From Candidatus Bathyarchaeum tardum (lineage in GTDB: Archaea > Thermoproteota > Bathyarchaeia > Bathyarchaeales > Bathyarchaeaceae), in NCBI GenBank assembly GCA_024650005.2, contig CP122380.1, positions 1,888,001 to 1,952,000 of the forward strand: DNA of 64,000 nt, given 5' to 3'. A program made the translations under genes and the position numbers. Positions 38,604 to 48,480 of this stretch are shown one piece after another. Each line of letters starts with the position of its first letter. The stretch's first letter is position 1. The notes beneath the pieces are model-generated. The model searched no databases. It had not been told where the DNA came from and was given only the letters and a program-made list of their open reading frames with translations.

Positions 38604-39135
38604 CCAGTTCACTTACCAAAGGAGAGATTTCTTCGTGAAGCTTTATAACATGATTTATTGCAGGGTGATTTGCCCCAAGTTTTTCCGAAAACTGGTTTAT
38701 TGCATGTTCTATGGGCACAATTTCAGAACCAAAAATCAGTTTGTCAGCATAGGCTACAAGTTTTTCTTCCAAAGTCACTGGAAAATAATCTTTTACAGGC
38801 AAACCAAGATTTTTTGCTTCTTGTGCCCCTATTCCGCCGCCGATGTGATGTTCAATAATGGAAATTACAGATTCAGGAAAATTCAAAGATTTCGCAATTT
38901 CAACCCCAATGACAGCATGGGTTACGTCATGGGTTTTTGAGCGCCCAATATCATGAAGAAGCCCACCAACTTCAACTAAGTTAGTGTCAACAAGTATTCC
39001 TTTGCTTTCACAAATTTTGGCAAACTTCACTGCAAGAGCAGAAACCGCCTTACAGTGAGAAACAACCCTTTCAGAACATCCAACATCAAAAAGAAGTTTC
39101 AACGCCATCTGCGGTGAAAGCAGGTCATCATTCAC
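38581..39135 (-). CDS. HD-domain metal-dependent phosphohydrolase
   Basis: HC..V, LLHDIGRS.TH...HA, EEKLVAYADKL. Confidence 0.9.
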   Translation of the reverse strand: MNDDLLSPQMALKLLFDVGCSERVVSHCKAVSALAVKFAKICESKGILVDTNLVEVGGLLHDIGRSKTHDVTHAVIGVEIAKSLNFPESVISIIEHHIGGGIGAQEAKNLGLPVKDYFPVTLEEKLVAYADKLIFGSEIVPIEHAINQFSEKLGANHPAINHVIKLHEEISPLVSELDAHNNSS

Positions 39136-39640
39136 CTAATTCCTTCCTTAGGTTCTTGATATGGTCTTCTAAACAACTCTTGAGTTCCGTATTATCAAAA
39201 TGCATCAAAAGTTTGTTACATGTGGGACAGCGAAAAACGAGTTCCATTGCTTCTTCAAAGGGGATGCGTTTACATCCTTCTGTGGAACACGAATAAAAAT
39301 CGTGGGCATTTTCATATTCAAGTCTTGTCTCAAGTTTTTCTAAAACACGACGCTTCTGGTTCAAAATAAATCCAGCAAGTTGGTCAAGTTGAAGTCTCCA
39401 GTGAAAAATAAACCATCCTGTGGTTTTGTCACGCGACCGTCTTAGACCCACTAAAGAGTGGTCGTAAAGCTTGTAGAGAATTTTGCGGACAGTATTAAGC
39501 CGTATTTCTGTTTGGGCTGCTATTTCATCATCTGTAGTTTCATTTACACCTTTTAATGCATTGATAATCTGAACAGCGTCTTCGCCACCGAAAGCTTCAG
39601 CAACCCTTTGCAAAGTTTTATCGTCTACGAAAGTTAACAT
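39128..39640 (-). CDS. tfe: Transcription factor E alpha
   Basis: TDDEIA...LNTVRKILYKL, GWFIFHW, FEEAMELVFRCPTC zinc ribbon. Confidence 0.95.
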   Translation of the reverse strand: MLTFVDDKTLQRVAEAFGGEDAVQIINALKGVNETTDDEIAAQTEIRLNTVRKILYKLYDHSLVGLRRSRDKTTGWFIFHWRLQLDQLAGFILNQKRRVLEKLETRLEYENAHDFYSCSTEGCKRIPFEEAMELVFRCPTCNKLLMHFDNTELKSCLEDHIKNLRKELGE

Positions 39641-39710
39641 TAAGCCTTAGACTCCAACCTTATACTAAGCAATAACAAGGCTTAAATCTGTTACCAAATC
39701 GTTACTTGAC

Positions 39711-40262
39711 CTAAACTTCAACAACACGTTTTCCTCTGGCTTGAGGAACAATTTTCTTTTTCTTGTTCTGAATAAAATCTTCAGACAGACTTTTTCCTTC
39801 AAAAAAACGGTCAAGAAACACCGCCAAACTTGAAGCCTCAGAATGGGGCTGATTTCCCACAGCAACGTTAAAATCAGAAACAGCTTCTGAAAAAAAGTTT
39901 CCAGGCACTTTTTGGCTGCCCACAATAACCAGCACGTCTTTTTTTGTTTCTCGGATTCGTTGCATTACATCGCTTGTTTGAATGTTTTCTCCGTATGCAG
40001 TAAGATGGACAGCAACCCCATTGTTAGCCCGCCAATCTTTAACAACTTTCTTCCATGGTTGGTCCATCTTAAAATAAAAATCGCCACCCCATGCTTCCAC
40101 AACTTTTTCAACTGTTTCTTTCACTTTTTGGTCCGAAACATCTGCCATAATAAAACCAGATGCACCCAAAGCCCGAGCGGTTAAAGCCACATGAGAAGTT
40201 AACCTTTGGTCACGATGTCGATGACCCCAACGTAAAATAGCAACATTTTGAGGAGCTTTCAC
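39711..40262 (-). CDS. trm56: tRNA (cytidine(56)-2'-O)-methyltransferase
   Basis: GHRHRDQRLTSHVALTARALGA, HLTAYG, VGNQPHSE; likely GTG start at 40262. Confidence 0.93.
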   Translation of the reverse strand: MKAPQNVAILRWGHRHRDQRLTSHVALTARALGASGFIMADVSDQKVKETVEKVVEAWGGDFYFKMDQPWKKVVKDWRANNGVAVHLTAYGENIQTSDVMQRIRETKKDVLVIVGSQKVPGNFFSEAVSDFNVAVGNQPHSEASSLAVFLDRFFEGKSLSEDFIQNKKKKIVPQARGKRVVEV

Positions 40263-40266
40263 GTCA

Positions 40267-41535
40267 TTAACTTTTGGATTCAGTGCTATAAACGCCTCCA
40301 AGGTTCTCTATGCGCCCTTTAATTCGGTCAGCAAGCCATGGAATTGCACGAAAAACACCTTTCACTGTTTGACCATCGTAGTTTATGTTTTGCACATGAG
40401 CCCGCTTGTAAAGTTCTGAAACCAAGGACATGGACTCGTTACTGATTTTCACAGAAAAGGAAGCTTCAACAAACACTTCAAGGAATTTTGTTAATTCTTC
40501 TTTTAATTTTTCTATGTTAATCTTTTTATCTGCAGAAATTGGAACAATGTTTGTTGCCTTGTCTTTTATCCGTTCAATTTTTGCGTTCAATTCGTTTTCG
40601 TCAATTAAATCAATCTTGTTAAGGGCAGTTACAATAGGCACTTCAGTTGCCCCAATTTGGTTTATCGTGTCCAAGCTACAAGACAGTTTTTTTTCAATGG
40701 TTTCTGGAGATTCACTCATGTCCAAAACAAGAATTATTATGTCCGAAAAGACCATTTCTTCAAGAGTTGAATGAAAAGCCTTAACTAACTTCAAAGGCAA
40801 CCGATCGATAAATCCAACAGTGTCAGTTAACAAAACTTTTCTTTTAGAAAACTCCACCGCCCGCGTGGTAGTAGATAAAGTAGTAAACAAAGCATTGTCG
40901 ACTTCAACAGTTTCTTCTGTTAGCAAATTAAACAACGAACTTTTACCGGCATTAGTATAACCTGCCAACGAAATAACGGAAAAACCTAGGTCATTTCTTC
41001 GAATGCGATGCAGTTGCCGTTCTTCTTGTTTTTTCTTCAGTTTTTCATTAATAAAACCGATTTGATACTTGACCCGTTCATAGTAAACGTCCACTTCATA
41101 TTTTCCTAACCCCATGAAACCCGGTTGTTCGTCCATTTTCCCAAGTTTTATGCGCTCTTTTGCCCTAGAAAGCTCGTAACGAAGACTAGCTAACTGAACC
41201 TGAAGTTCAGCCTCGTAAGTTGAAGCCCGAATTAAAAATATTTCAAGTATCAACTGAAAACGGTCAATTACCTCTAAACCTGTAAGGGCAGCCAAATTGT
41301 AAGACTGAAAAGGAGACAGGTTATTATCAAAAATGATTTTTTTTGCACCTGTTTTTTCTACAAGTTCAACTAGTTCTTTGGTTTTGCCGCGTCCAATCTG
41401 GTATTTGGGGTCACGTTTTCTAACTTGTTCCATTGAACCTACCGTGACGTATCCTGCTGCTTTAGCTAGCCCTTTAAGTTCATCTAAGCTTGAAGGTTCA
41501 TTGGCAAGCCGTCGCTGAACAAGGATGACGTTTAT
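40267..41535 (-). CDS. hflX: GTPase HflX (probable ATA start)
   Basis: GYTNAGKS, LFTTL, DTVGF, NKID; conserved N-terminal ILV...LDEL..LA.AAGY lies upstream of the first ATG (41433). Confidence 0.93.
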   Translation of the reverse strand: MNVILVQRRLANEPSSLDELKGLAKAAGYVTVGSMEQVRKRDPKYQIGRGKTKELVELVEKTGAKKIIFDNNLSPFQSYNLAALTGLEVIDRFQLILEIFLIRASTYEAELQVQLASLRYELSRAKERIKLGKMDEQPGFMGLGKYEVDVYYERVKYQIGFINEKLKKKQEERQLHRIRRNDLGFSVISLAGYTNAGKSSLFNLLTEETVEVDNALFTTLSTTTRAVEFSKRKVLLTDTVGFIDRLPLKLVKAFHSTLEEMVFSDIIILVLDMSESPETIEKKLSCSLDTINQIGATEVPIVTALNKIDLIDENELNAKIERIKDKATNIVPISADKKINIEKLKEELTKFLEVFVEASFSVKISNESMSLVSELYKRAHVQNINYDGQTVKGVFRAIPWLADRIKGRIENLGGVYSTESKS

Positions 41536-42059
41536 TACTTTTTTGCCCCCTCTTTTTTCAACTCAAAATTAATTAGGTCACCTAAAGTAGCTCCAGAAGG
41601 CTTAGAAGTTGAATCAAATTTATTATCAGACTCAACAACAGGCACACGAAGAGTAATCTTCAAAGTGTGCTCAAGTTTTTCTGCAAGCCCAAGGTCAGGA
41701 ATCATTTTCCCACTTTCAATTTTACGGATAACTGAAACTTTTTCTTGGGTTTTTCTACCTAAATCTTCATGACTTAATCCAAAATCTTCTCTGGCTTGCC
41801 TAATCAAATGGGCATAATCATCTGCAATTTCTAACATTTCAGGAATGCTTGCTTTAGGTTTCCTTTTCGAAAAAACCTGAACGGGTTGACGGCTCATGCT
41901 TTTGTTTAAACGTGGTTTAGGTTGAGGCTTAGGTTCCCAGAAACCTTCACTAAGTTTGCCACATTGACTACAAACAGTCATTTGAACGCCTTCAATTATT
42001 CCCCGAATAGGGGTGCCAAAAATTTTTCGACCACAAACTTCGCACTGCAAAAGAATCAT
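41535..42059 (-). CDS. mbf1: Multiprotein bridging factor aMBF1
   Basis: CEVCG...C..C zinc ribbon plus HTH IRQARE..GLS.EDL, TLGD. Confidence 0.92.
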   Translation of the reverse strand: MILLQCEVCGRKIFGTPIRGIIEGVQMTVCSQCGKLSEGFWEPKPQPKPRLNKSMSRQPVQVFSKRKPKASIPEMLEIADDYAHLIRQAREDFGLSHEDLGRKTQEKVSVIRKIESGKMIPDLGLAEKLEHTLKITLRVPVVESDNKFDSTSKPSGATLGDLINFELKKEGAKK

Positions 42060-42229
42060 TCACCAATTACTTCATCGTAGACCGATTCTTTATAGTTGTC
42101 GATTCTCTGCCATGCCTGATTAACTCTGCCCTTTAACAGGTAAATGCAGTAAACCTTTGATTTTTTGACATAATCCGCAAATTATTTAGGGAGACAAGAA
42201 CTATCATTATTCTGTGGAGTATTGATTTT

Positions 42230-42469
42230 ATGCCTATGGCTTTTGTTTTAATAAACACGGAAATAGGATGCGAAAGTGAAGTCTTGAACGAATTACGAAA
42301 GATCGATGCAGTAAAAGAATCTTACATGGTTTATGGAGTCTATGATGTTGTAGCCAAAGTCGGCGCAGACACCATGGAAAAACTCAAAGAAATCGTCACA
42401 TGGAATGTCCGGAGACTGGATAAAGTTCGGTCAACCCTAACAATGATTGTTATCGAGGGCCAAAAGTAA
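42230..42469 (+). CDS. Lrp/AsnC ligand-binding (RAM) domain protein
   Basis: AFVLIN...VYGVYDVVAKV...VRSTLTMIV. Confidence 0.9.
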   Translation: MPMAFVLINTEIGCESEVLNELRKIDAVKESYMVYGVYDVVAKVGADTMEKLKEIVTWNVRRLDKVRSTLTMIVIEGQK

Positions 42470-42576
42470 CCTCCACCTCCCCTCTTTTCTTACTGTTTTT
42501 TGAACCAAGAAAACTTCTTTGTAACTGAATGTTCTTATCCCAAAAACAATTAAATACACTGAGCGGACGCTAAACA

Positions 42577-43899
42577 ATGGTTAAGCTGCACATTGGATTC
42601 GACGACACAGACTCACCAAATGGAGGCTGCACCACATACATTGCTGCTATTCTTGTTGAAAAATTAAGCAACATAGGTGTCACTTTTCTAGATTATCCAA
42701 GATTAATCAGGCTTAACCCAAATGTTCCATGGAAAACCCGTGGCAACGGAGCATTATGTATTTCTGTTGAATGTGATGAAAATCTTGTTCCCAAAATAAA
42801 AAAAACAGTTTTAGAAACAGTTGAAACCAACTCCAAACTAGGCTATAAAGAGACCAATCCGGGAATTGTTTTTGTTTTTGGAGAAGTTCCCCAACAAGTC
42901 AAAGATTTTGCAACAAAAGCAAAACAAAGTATGCTAAAAGTACAAGACGCCATAGCCCTTGCTAATCAGGTAAAGGCTGAAATTATTAAATTCAAAAAGG
43001 GGCGAGGAACTATTGGGGGTCTAGCTGCCATCGGGGAAGATTTGAAGGAAGACCACACTTTTGAGATCATAACTTACAGATCTCCCGAAAATCTCACTGT
43101 ACCTCGACAAATCCAAGCCTCATCAGTAAAAAGGATGAATGAAAATTGTCCCCGTACTTTTAACAATATGGACCCTCAAACAGGCAGAGTTCTCATAACG
43201 CCAAGAGGTCCAGATCCTATTCTTTGTGGAATCCGTGGAGAAACTGCACAAGCAGTAAAAGATGCTTACAAGATGCTTATAATAAATGAACCAGTAGAAC
43301 GATGGATAATTTTCCGTACAAACCAAGGAACTGATGCCCACCTGCGTAGGGTCAGCACTATTAACCAGATACAGCCCCACAATCCTGTAGTCGTGAAAGG
43401 TGTGGTGTCAAAAGCGCCTGAAATAATTCAAGGAGGTCATGTAATTTTTGGCCTTAAAGATGAAACAGGTGAAGTTGATTGTGCAGCTTACAAACCGACA
43501 GTTACTTTATGTAATGTTGCACGAAAAATGATACAAGGGGATATCATAAAAGTTTATGGTGGAATTCGTGAACTGTCAACAAATCAGCTAACGATTAATC
43601 TTGAGAAAATACATGTTTTGGAACTTGTTCCCAAACAGATGTTTGTTAATCCAGTTTGTCTTGAATGTGGGAAACGTATGAAGTCTATGGGTGTGAATCA
43701 AGGCTTCCGATGTGACAAATGTGGTTTTCGTTCTTCTGACCTAACAAAAATTAAGGTCAATGAAGAACGGGATATCACGACTGGTTTGTACATTACCTCA
43801 CCACGATCTCAGAGGCATCTAACAAAACCTCATTGTCGATATGGAAAAGAGAAATCGGGTAAACCTGACACGATGATAAAAAAATGGTACCAGTTCTAG
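42577..43899 (+). CDS. tiaS: tRNA(Ile2) agmatinylcytidine synthetase
   Basis: IGFDDTDS..GGCTTY, RLNPNVPWKTRGNGA, TNQGTDAH, C-terminal zinc ribbon, RHLTKP. Confidence 0.96.
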   Translation: MVKLHIGFDDTDSPNGGCTTYIAAILVEKLSNIGVTFLDYPRLIRLNPNVPWKTRGNGALCISVECDENLVPKIKKTVLETVETNSKLGYKETNPGIVFVFGEVPQQVKDFATKAKQSMLKVQDAIALANQVKAEIIKFKKGRGTIGGLAAIGEDLKEDHTFEIITYRSPENLTVPRQIQASSVKRMNENCPRTFNNMDPQTGRVLITPRGPDPILCGIRGETAQAVKDAYKMLIINEPVERWIIFRTNQGTDAHLRRVSTINQIQPHNPVVVKGVVSKAPEIIQGGHVIFGLKDETGEVDCAAYKPTVTLCNVARKMIQGDIIKVYGGIRELSTNQLTINLEKIHVLELVPKQMFVNPVCLECGKRMKSMGVNQGFRCDKCGFRSSDLTKIKVNEERDITTGLYITSPRSQRHLTKPHCRYGKEKSGKPDTMIKKWYQF

Positions 43900-46532
43900 T
43901 TTATCATGTAACATTTTTTTCCATATTCATTTATTTCAGGTATTGATATACAGAATTTTGCGCCTTTACCCCAAACCCCAGTTTCTTCAATTGCCCAGCC
44001 GTAAGATTCACAAGTTTTTTTGATTAAATAAAGTCCGTAACCTGTGCCTTTACCGTAGCCTTCGTTGAAAATTTTATTTTTTTCCGGTTTGGGTATGCCG
44101 CCACCATCATCCTCATAAACCAGCATCAATTTATTTTCAAGTTCTTCAAAGAAAAATTTGATTTGAGTAACATTTTTGCCATGGATAAGTGAGTTATCCA
44201 TTAGATTGTAGAACATTTGCCGCAGTAAAGAGTCTGCTAAAACTACTAGTCCGTCACAGTTGTTCACAAATTTTTTGTCATCTGAACCTGAAAGCAGCAT
44301 GATGGCTTCATTAACACTTTTGCATACATCAATGTATGTTATGTCTTCTGTGCCTACCTTTTCACAGATTCTAGCGAACTCAAAAATTTCTCCAATTTGG
44401 ACAGAAATTGCTTCAATGGCATCTAAACAGGTTGAGGGATCTAAGTTTTCAGTTAATCTTTTTTTGGCAATGAAAACGTTGTTGAGTATCACTGAAAGTT
44501 TATTTCGGGCATCATGACGAGTTAATTTACCGACCACCCCTAGTTTTTCATTTAATCGTGATAAATTCATCAATGTTTTTCGCAGATTTTCTTCGGTTTT
44601 TTTGCTTTCAGTGATATCTAAGAAAACACCGACTGTCGAATAGATTTTTCCGTCCCGATATATGGGTTTGGCAGTTCCCCGTACAATTATTTCTTTTCTA
44701 TTTTTGGTAAGAAAAACTGCTTCAACATCTTCAACAAGCTCTCCACTTATCACTTTTTTAAAGTGCATCATGCAGTGCTCATGGTAATCTTTTCGTATTA
44801 TATCCATCAATGTCAGATTTTTTAGATCTCCATCAGTGTATCCTAAACTTTTTTTCCAGTGTTCATTTACATAAACAAATTTGCCATTTGCATCAACTGA
44901 TTGAACTATAACATGTGCAGTGTCAAGCAAGGCTCTAAGTTTTGTTTCATTTTCACGTAAAGAGTTGACCATTTCTTTACGTCTTGAAATGTCAACAGCG
45001 AGTTCTAAAGCCAATATAGTTTTTCCATTTTCTTTAATTGGTGTAGAATATACTTCAAGCCAACGAGACTGCCCATCAGGGTCAAGCACCTTTTGCTGAT
45101 GTACAACTAGTGCTCTGCCTGTTTCAAAAACTTCCTTGGCTCCACACTCAGGACACATATCGTTACGATTATGAAAAATTTCGTAACAACGTTTACTTGT
45201 TAATTCAAGATTTTTGTTGTTAACATAAGCATTAGCCCATTCTACACGAAAATCTGGGGTGATTGTTGCAATTTTAACCCCCATTTTTTCAGTGAGATAG
45301 TCCACCATTTTGCGGTGTCTTTTCAGTTTTTTAATTATTTTTTTATGTTCAGTGATATCAGTTATTGTTCCAAGAATTGCAAACTGACCGTTGTATTTGA
45401 TTAATTTTGTAGTGGTTATAGTGTCGATTGTCTTCCCATTTTTTGTCAGTAAGGAATATTCATGGGGCGGAATTTCTTCTCCTTTCATATGTTTAAGAAA
45501 ATTTGTTTCCACTCTTTGTCTGGATTCTGCAGAGATCATATCAAGGAAGTTGAAACCATCCGAATAAAGTTCATCTTTTGTGTACCCCATTAATTCTGCA
45601 CATGTTTGATTTGCATAAACCACGTTCCCATTTTGATTGATAAATATCATGTTTGGTGACTGCTCGGCTAATGTTCTGAATTTTTCTTCAGATTCTTTGG
45701 TTTTTTGTTCCATTTGTTTTTGTTCAGTGATATCTCTAAATATTACTTGAAGTCCTACAAGCTCCCCTTTTTGTTTAAGTAACCCAATACGGGCATCAGA
45801 AGAACGTTGGGTTCCATCTTTGCAAGTATAATTAAAGTCAAAATTATCAGGAAATTTTCCGTTCAAAAAAGAATCAATCAGTTCTGTATAATTTGGCGGA
45901 GGCTCTTTTTGCAACGCAGCCAATTGGGTGAAATGTTTCCCTAGAAAATCTTCTTTGGAAAAACCAGTTCGATCCAAAACAGCTTGGTTTACTGAAGTGA
46001 TTATTCCATAAGCATTTACAGAAACAATGCCGTCAGGAGAAAGTTCAACAATTGTTCTATATTTCTCTTCAGATTGTCTTAGCGCTTCTTCCACTTTTCT
46101 TTCAGCAACACTGTGACGGATCCCATGAATAAGTTCACCATAAACTGTTTCGGGGGATCCAAATTTGTTAAAGTATCTATCTGCACCAAGATTAAGGGCC
46201 TTGATTGCTACTTCTTCTCTGTCTTTTCCAGTAAACAAAATAAATGGAATATCATTTCGGTTCTCTCGCAATTGCTTCAAAAAATCCAATCCGCTTTTCA
46301 GGGGCATCTGATAATCTGAAACAATAGCATCAAACGTTTTTTCACTCATTTTCTGCAAGGCTTCGTCAACAGAAAAAGCAAGTTCTACAGTAAATCCTCC
46401 TTTTAATTCCAAAAGTTGTTTTGTGGTTTTGAGAAATTTTTCTTCATCATCTACACATAAAACTGAAACCAGTTTGTTTGCAAGAAATTCGTTGATATCA
46501 TAAGATAATTGTTGATTGTTTTTGTTTTCCAT
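43896..46532 (-). CDS. Hybrid sensor histidine kinase (REC-PAS x4-HisKA-HATPase)
   Basis: VLCVDDE/SDYQMP receiver, repeated PAS ending DITE.K, RHD.RN.L, N-box, EDDGGG, GYGLY; likely start MENKN at 46532. Confidence 0.93.
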   Translation of the reverse strand: MENKNNQQLSYDINEFLANKLVSVLCVDDEEKFLKTTKQLLELKGGFTVELAFSVDEALQKMSEKTFDAIVSDYQMPLKSGLDFLKQLRENRNDIPFILFTGKDREEVAIKALNLGADRYFNKFGSPETVYGELIHGIRHSVAERKVEEALRQSEEKYRTIVELSPDGIVSVNAYGIITSVNQAVLDRTGFSKEDFLGKHFTQLAALQKEPPPNYTELIDSFLNGKFPDNFDFNYTCKDGTQRSSDARIGLLKQKGELVGLQVIFRDITEQKQMEQKTKESEEKFRTLAEQSPNMIFINQNGNVVYANQTCAELMGYTKDELYSDGFNFLDMISAESRQRVETNFLKHMKGEEIPPHEYSLLTKNGKTIDTITTTKLIKYNGQFAILGTITDITEHKKIIKKLKRHRKMVDYLTEKMGVKIATITPDFRVEWANAYVNNKNLELTSKRCYEIFHNRNDMCPECGAKEVFETGRALVVHQQKVLDPDGQSRWLEVYSTPIKENGKTILALELAVDISRRKEMVNSLRENETKLRALLDTAHVIVQSVDANGKFVYVNEHWKKSLGYTDGDLKNLTLMDIIRKDYHEHCMMHFKKVISGELVEDVEAVFLTKNRKEIIVRGTAKPIYRDGKIYSTVGVFLDITESKKTEENLRKTLMNLSRLNEKLGVVGKLTRHDARNKLSVILNNVFIAKKRLTENLDPSTCLDAIEAISVQIGEIFEFARICEKVGTEDITYIDVCKSVNEAIMLLSGSDDKKFVNNCDGLVVLADSLLRQMFYNLMDNSLIHGKNVTQIKFFFEELENKLMLVYEDDGGGIPKPEKNKIFNEGYGKGTGYGLYLIKKTCESYGWAIEETGVWGKGAKFCISIPEINEYGKKCYMIN

Positions 46533-46813
46533 TTTTTGCAAAGTCCCCAATAATCTGTGTAATTGCAGTAAATTTGAGATACTCATGTGTTGTTTGAATT
46601 TTAAACACAATTACTCAACTTTAGAACATGCATTAAAAACATTCGGTGGTAAATCAGAATCAACTTTCTTTTGTGCCTTGAAAAAAAGATTTTCAAATCA
46701 AAGATTGATATCCACCACAAGGGAGCTATTGATTCAATAGAGTTGATAAGGAAATATTGCAGTAAACTTAAATGCGTCTGCAGAAAAGTAACGGACTGGA
46801 ACAAGGAGATATC

Positions 46814-48244
46814 ATGAAATTTTCGTTCATCAATCCCGGACCAAATCCTGAGATGGCCATCGAAGATGTTAAAAAAATGGTAGGAGCAGCTCCACCTTTG
46901 GGCATGTTATATATTGCAACTTACCTACAGGAAAACGGAATTGATATCTCAATAATAGACGAAGCCCCAAAAGGCAACTCACTAAAAGATACCGTAGACT
47001 GGGTAAAAAAAGAAAACCCCGACATTCTTGGTTTTTCTACCTGTAGCGCTAATGGCAGAAAAGCAACACTTATTGCAGAAACTGTAAAAAAAGAAAACCC
47101 CAACATTTCAGTTGTTTTCGGTAACTTTTTTGCCACTTTTAATGCAGAACGGATTTTGAAAAAATATCCTGCAGTGGACTTTATCGTTCGAGGTGAAGGA
47201 GAACACACAAGTCTTGAGTTGACTCAATGTTTAAAAAAAAATGGTGACCTCAAGAAAGTTTTGGGAATTAACTTCAGAAATAACGGCGAAATAGTTTCAA
47301 CCCCTGACCGACCTTTAATAAAGGACATTAACTCGTTGCCCTTTCCTGACAGATCCTTGTTGGATATTGATTATCATAACACTACTGCGGGGGTGGTTGT
47401 TGCTCCTAAAAAGTTCAGTAACTTTGTTACTTCTCGGGGCTGTGTTTACAAGTGCCGTTTTTGTGGGTGCAGGCGATTGGCTCGGACTCTTTGGCGGTCT
47501 AGGTCTGTGGACAACATTATGGAAGAAATGCATTTTTTGAGCAGCCAAGGTTACAAGCAGTTCATGTTTGTAGATGACAATTTTACTTTAAATCCGAAAC
47601 GGGTTATCAAACTGTGCCGAAGATTAAAAGATGAAAAAGTTGATGTGGAATTTTTTGCAGAAGGCAGAGTTGATCATTGTCCTCAAGAGATGTTGCAAGA
47701 AATGTATCGGGCAAACTGCAAGATGATTTATTTTGGCATCGAAAACGGCACACAGAAAATTTTAGATTATTATGATAAAGAAATAACGCCCCAACAGGCT
47801 ATGGATGCAGTTAAGCGGGCAAGAAACGTTGGAATCGACGTTATTGTTGCTTCGTTTATTGTTGGTGCGCCTCATGAAACAAGGCAAGAGATTTGGAACA
47901 CTCTAAAGTTTGCCCAAAAACTGCAAGTAGACATCCCACAATTCAACATTTTAGCCACTTTCCCCGGAACGGACATCTGGGAAGAACTCAAAACCCAAGG
48001 TTTAGTCGATGAAGAAAAACACTGGGAAACAGGAGTTATGGTTTCTGATGTTTGTTCTGACGCGGTTCCTGCTAAAGAAGTTGAACAAATGATTCATGAC
48101 GCGTATCAGGATTTCTTTATTCGACCCAGTTATATTGTGAAGCAGTTGACCAAATTTGTTACAAGCTCGTACAGGCGCAATGTTTTGATTAATAACCTCA
48201 AACGCGCCGACGCAGTTGCAGACGGCATTAAAATGGTCACTTAA
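46814..48244 (+). CDS. B12-binding domain radical SAM protein
   Basis: PPLGMLYIA, VRGEGE, SRGCVYKCRFC, DDNF, GIENG; start MKFSF after GGAGA. Confidence 0.9.
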   Translation: MKFSFINPGPNPEMAIEDVKKMVGAAPPLGMLYIATYLQENGIDISIIDEAPKGNSLKDTVDWVKKENPDILGFSTCSANGRKATLIAETVKKENPNISVVFGNFFATFNAERILKKYPAVDFIVRGEGEHTSLELTQCLKKNGDLKKVLGINFRNNGEIVSTPDRPLIKDINSLPFPDRSLLDIDYHNTTAGVVVAPKKFSNFVTSRGCVYKCRFCGCRRLARTLWRSRSVDNIMEEMHFLSSQGYKQFMFVDDNFTLNPKRVIKLCRRLKDEKVDVEFFAEGRVDHCPQEMLQEMYRANCKMIYFGIENGTQKILDYYDKEITPQQAMDAVKRARNVGIDVIVASFIVGAPHETRQEIWNTLKFAQKLQVDIPQFNILATFPGTDIWEELKTQGLVDEEKHWETGVMVSDVCSDAVPAKEVEQMIHDAYQDFFIRPSYIVKQLTKFVTSSYRRNVLINNLKRADAVADGIKMVT

Positions 48245-48480
48245 GGAACAATTCTTGTTTGAGGGGGATACTCAAAACCTTCAAAGAGAGCTAATTATTG
48301 ATTTGCTGTTTCTTAAAGAGTATAAGTCTCGCAGGTCTAACGACAAGCTCCTAAGTGATAAAAACAGGATGAAATGGATGCAGGTTAGTTAAAAGTAGTT
48401 AGCCAAGCAGGATTTGATGCTAAAGAAAGTAACAGTTGAAACGTTTGTGTGAACTAATCATGAACGAGCTTCAAGACTGT

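Noticed and set aside
37821-42059. mbf1-hflX-trm56-tfe-HD-DUF2110 cluster as a novel operon
   Set aside because: Conserved archaeal gene neighbourhood
48245-48480. Possible sRNA in intergenic gap (also 25210-25400)
   Set aside because: No convincing C/D boxes or stable structure identified by eye
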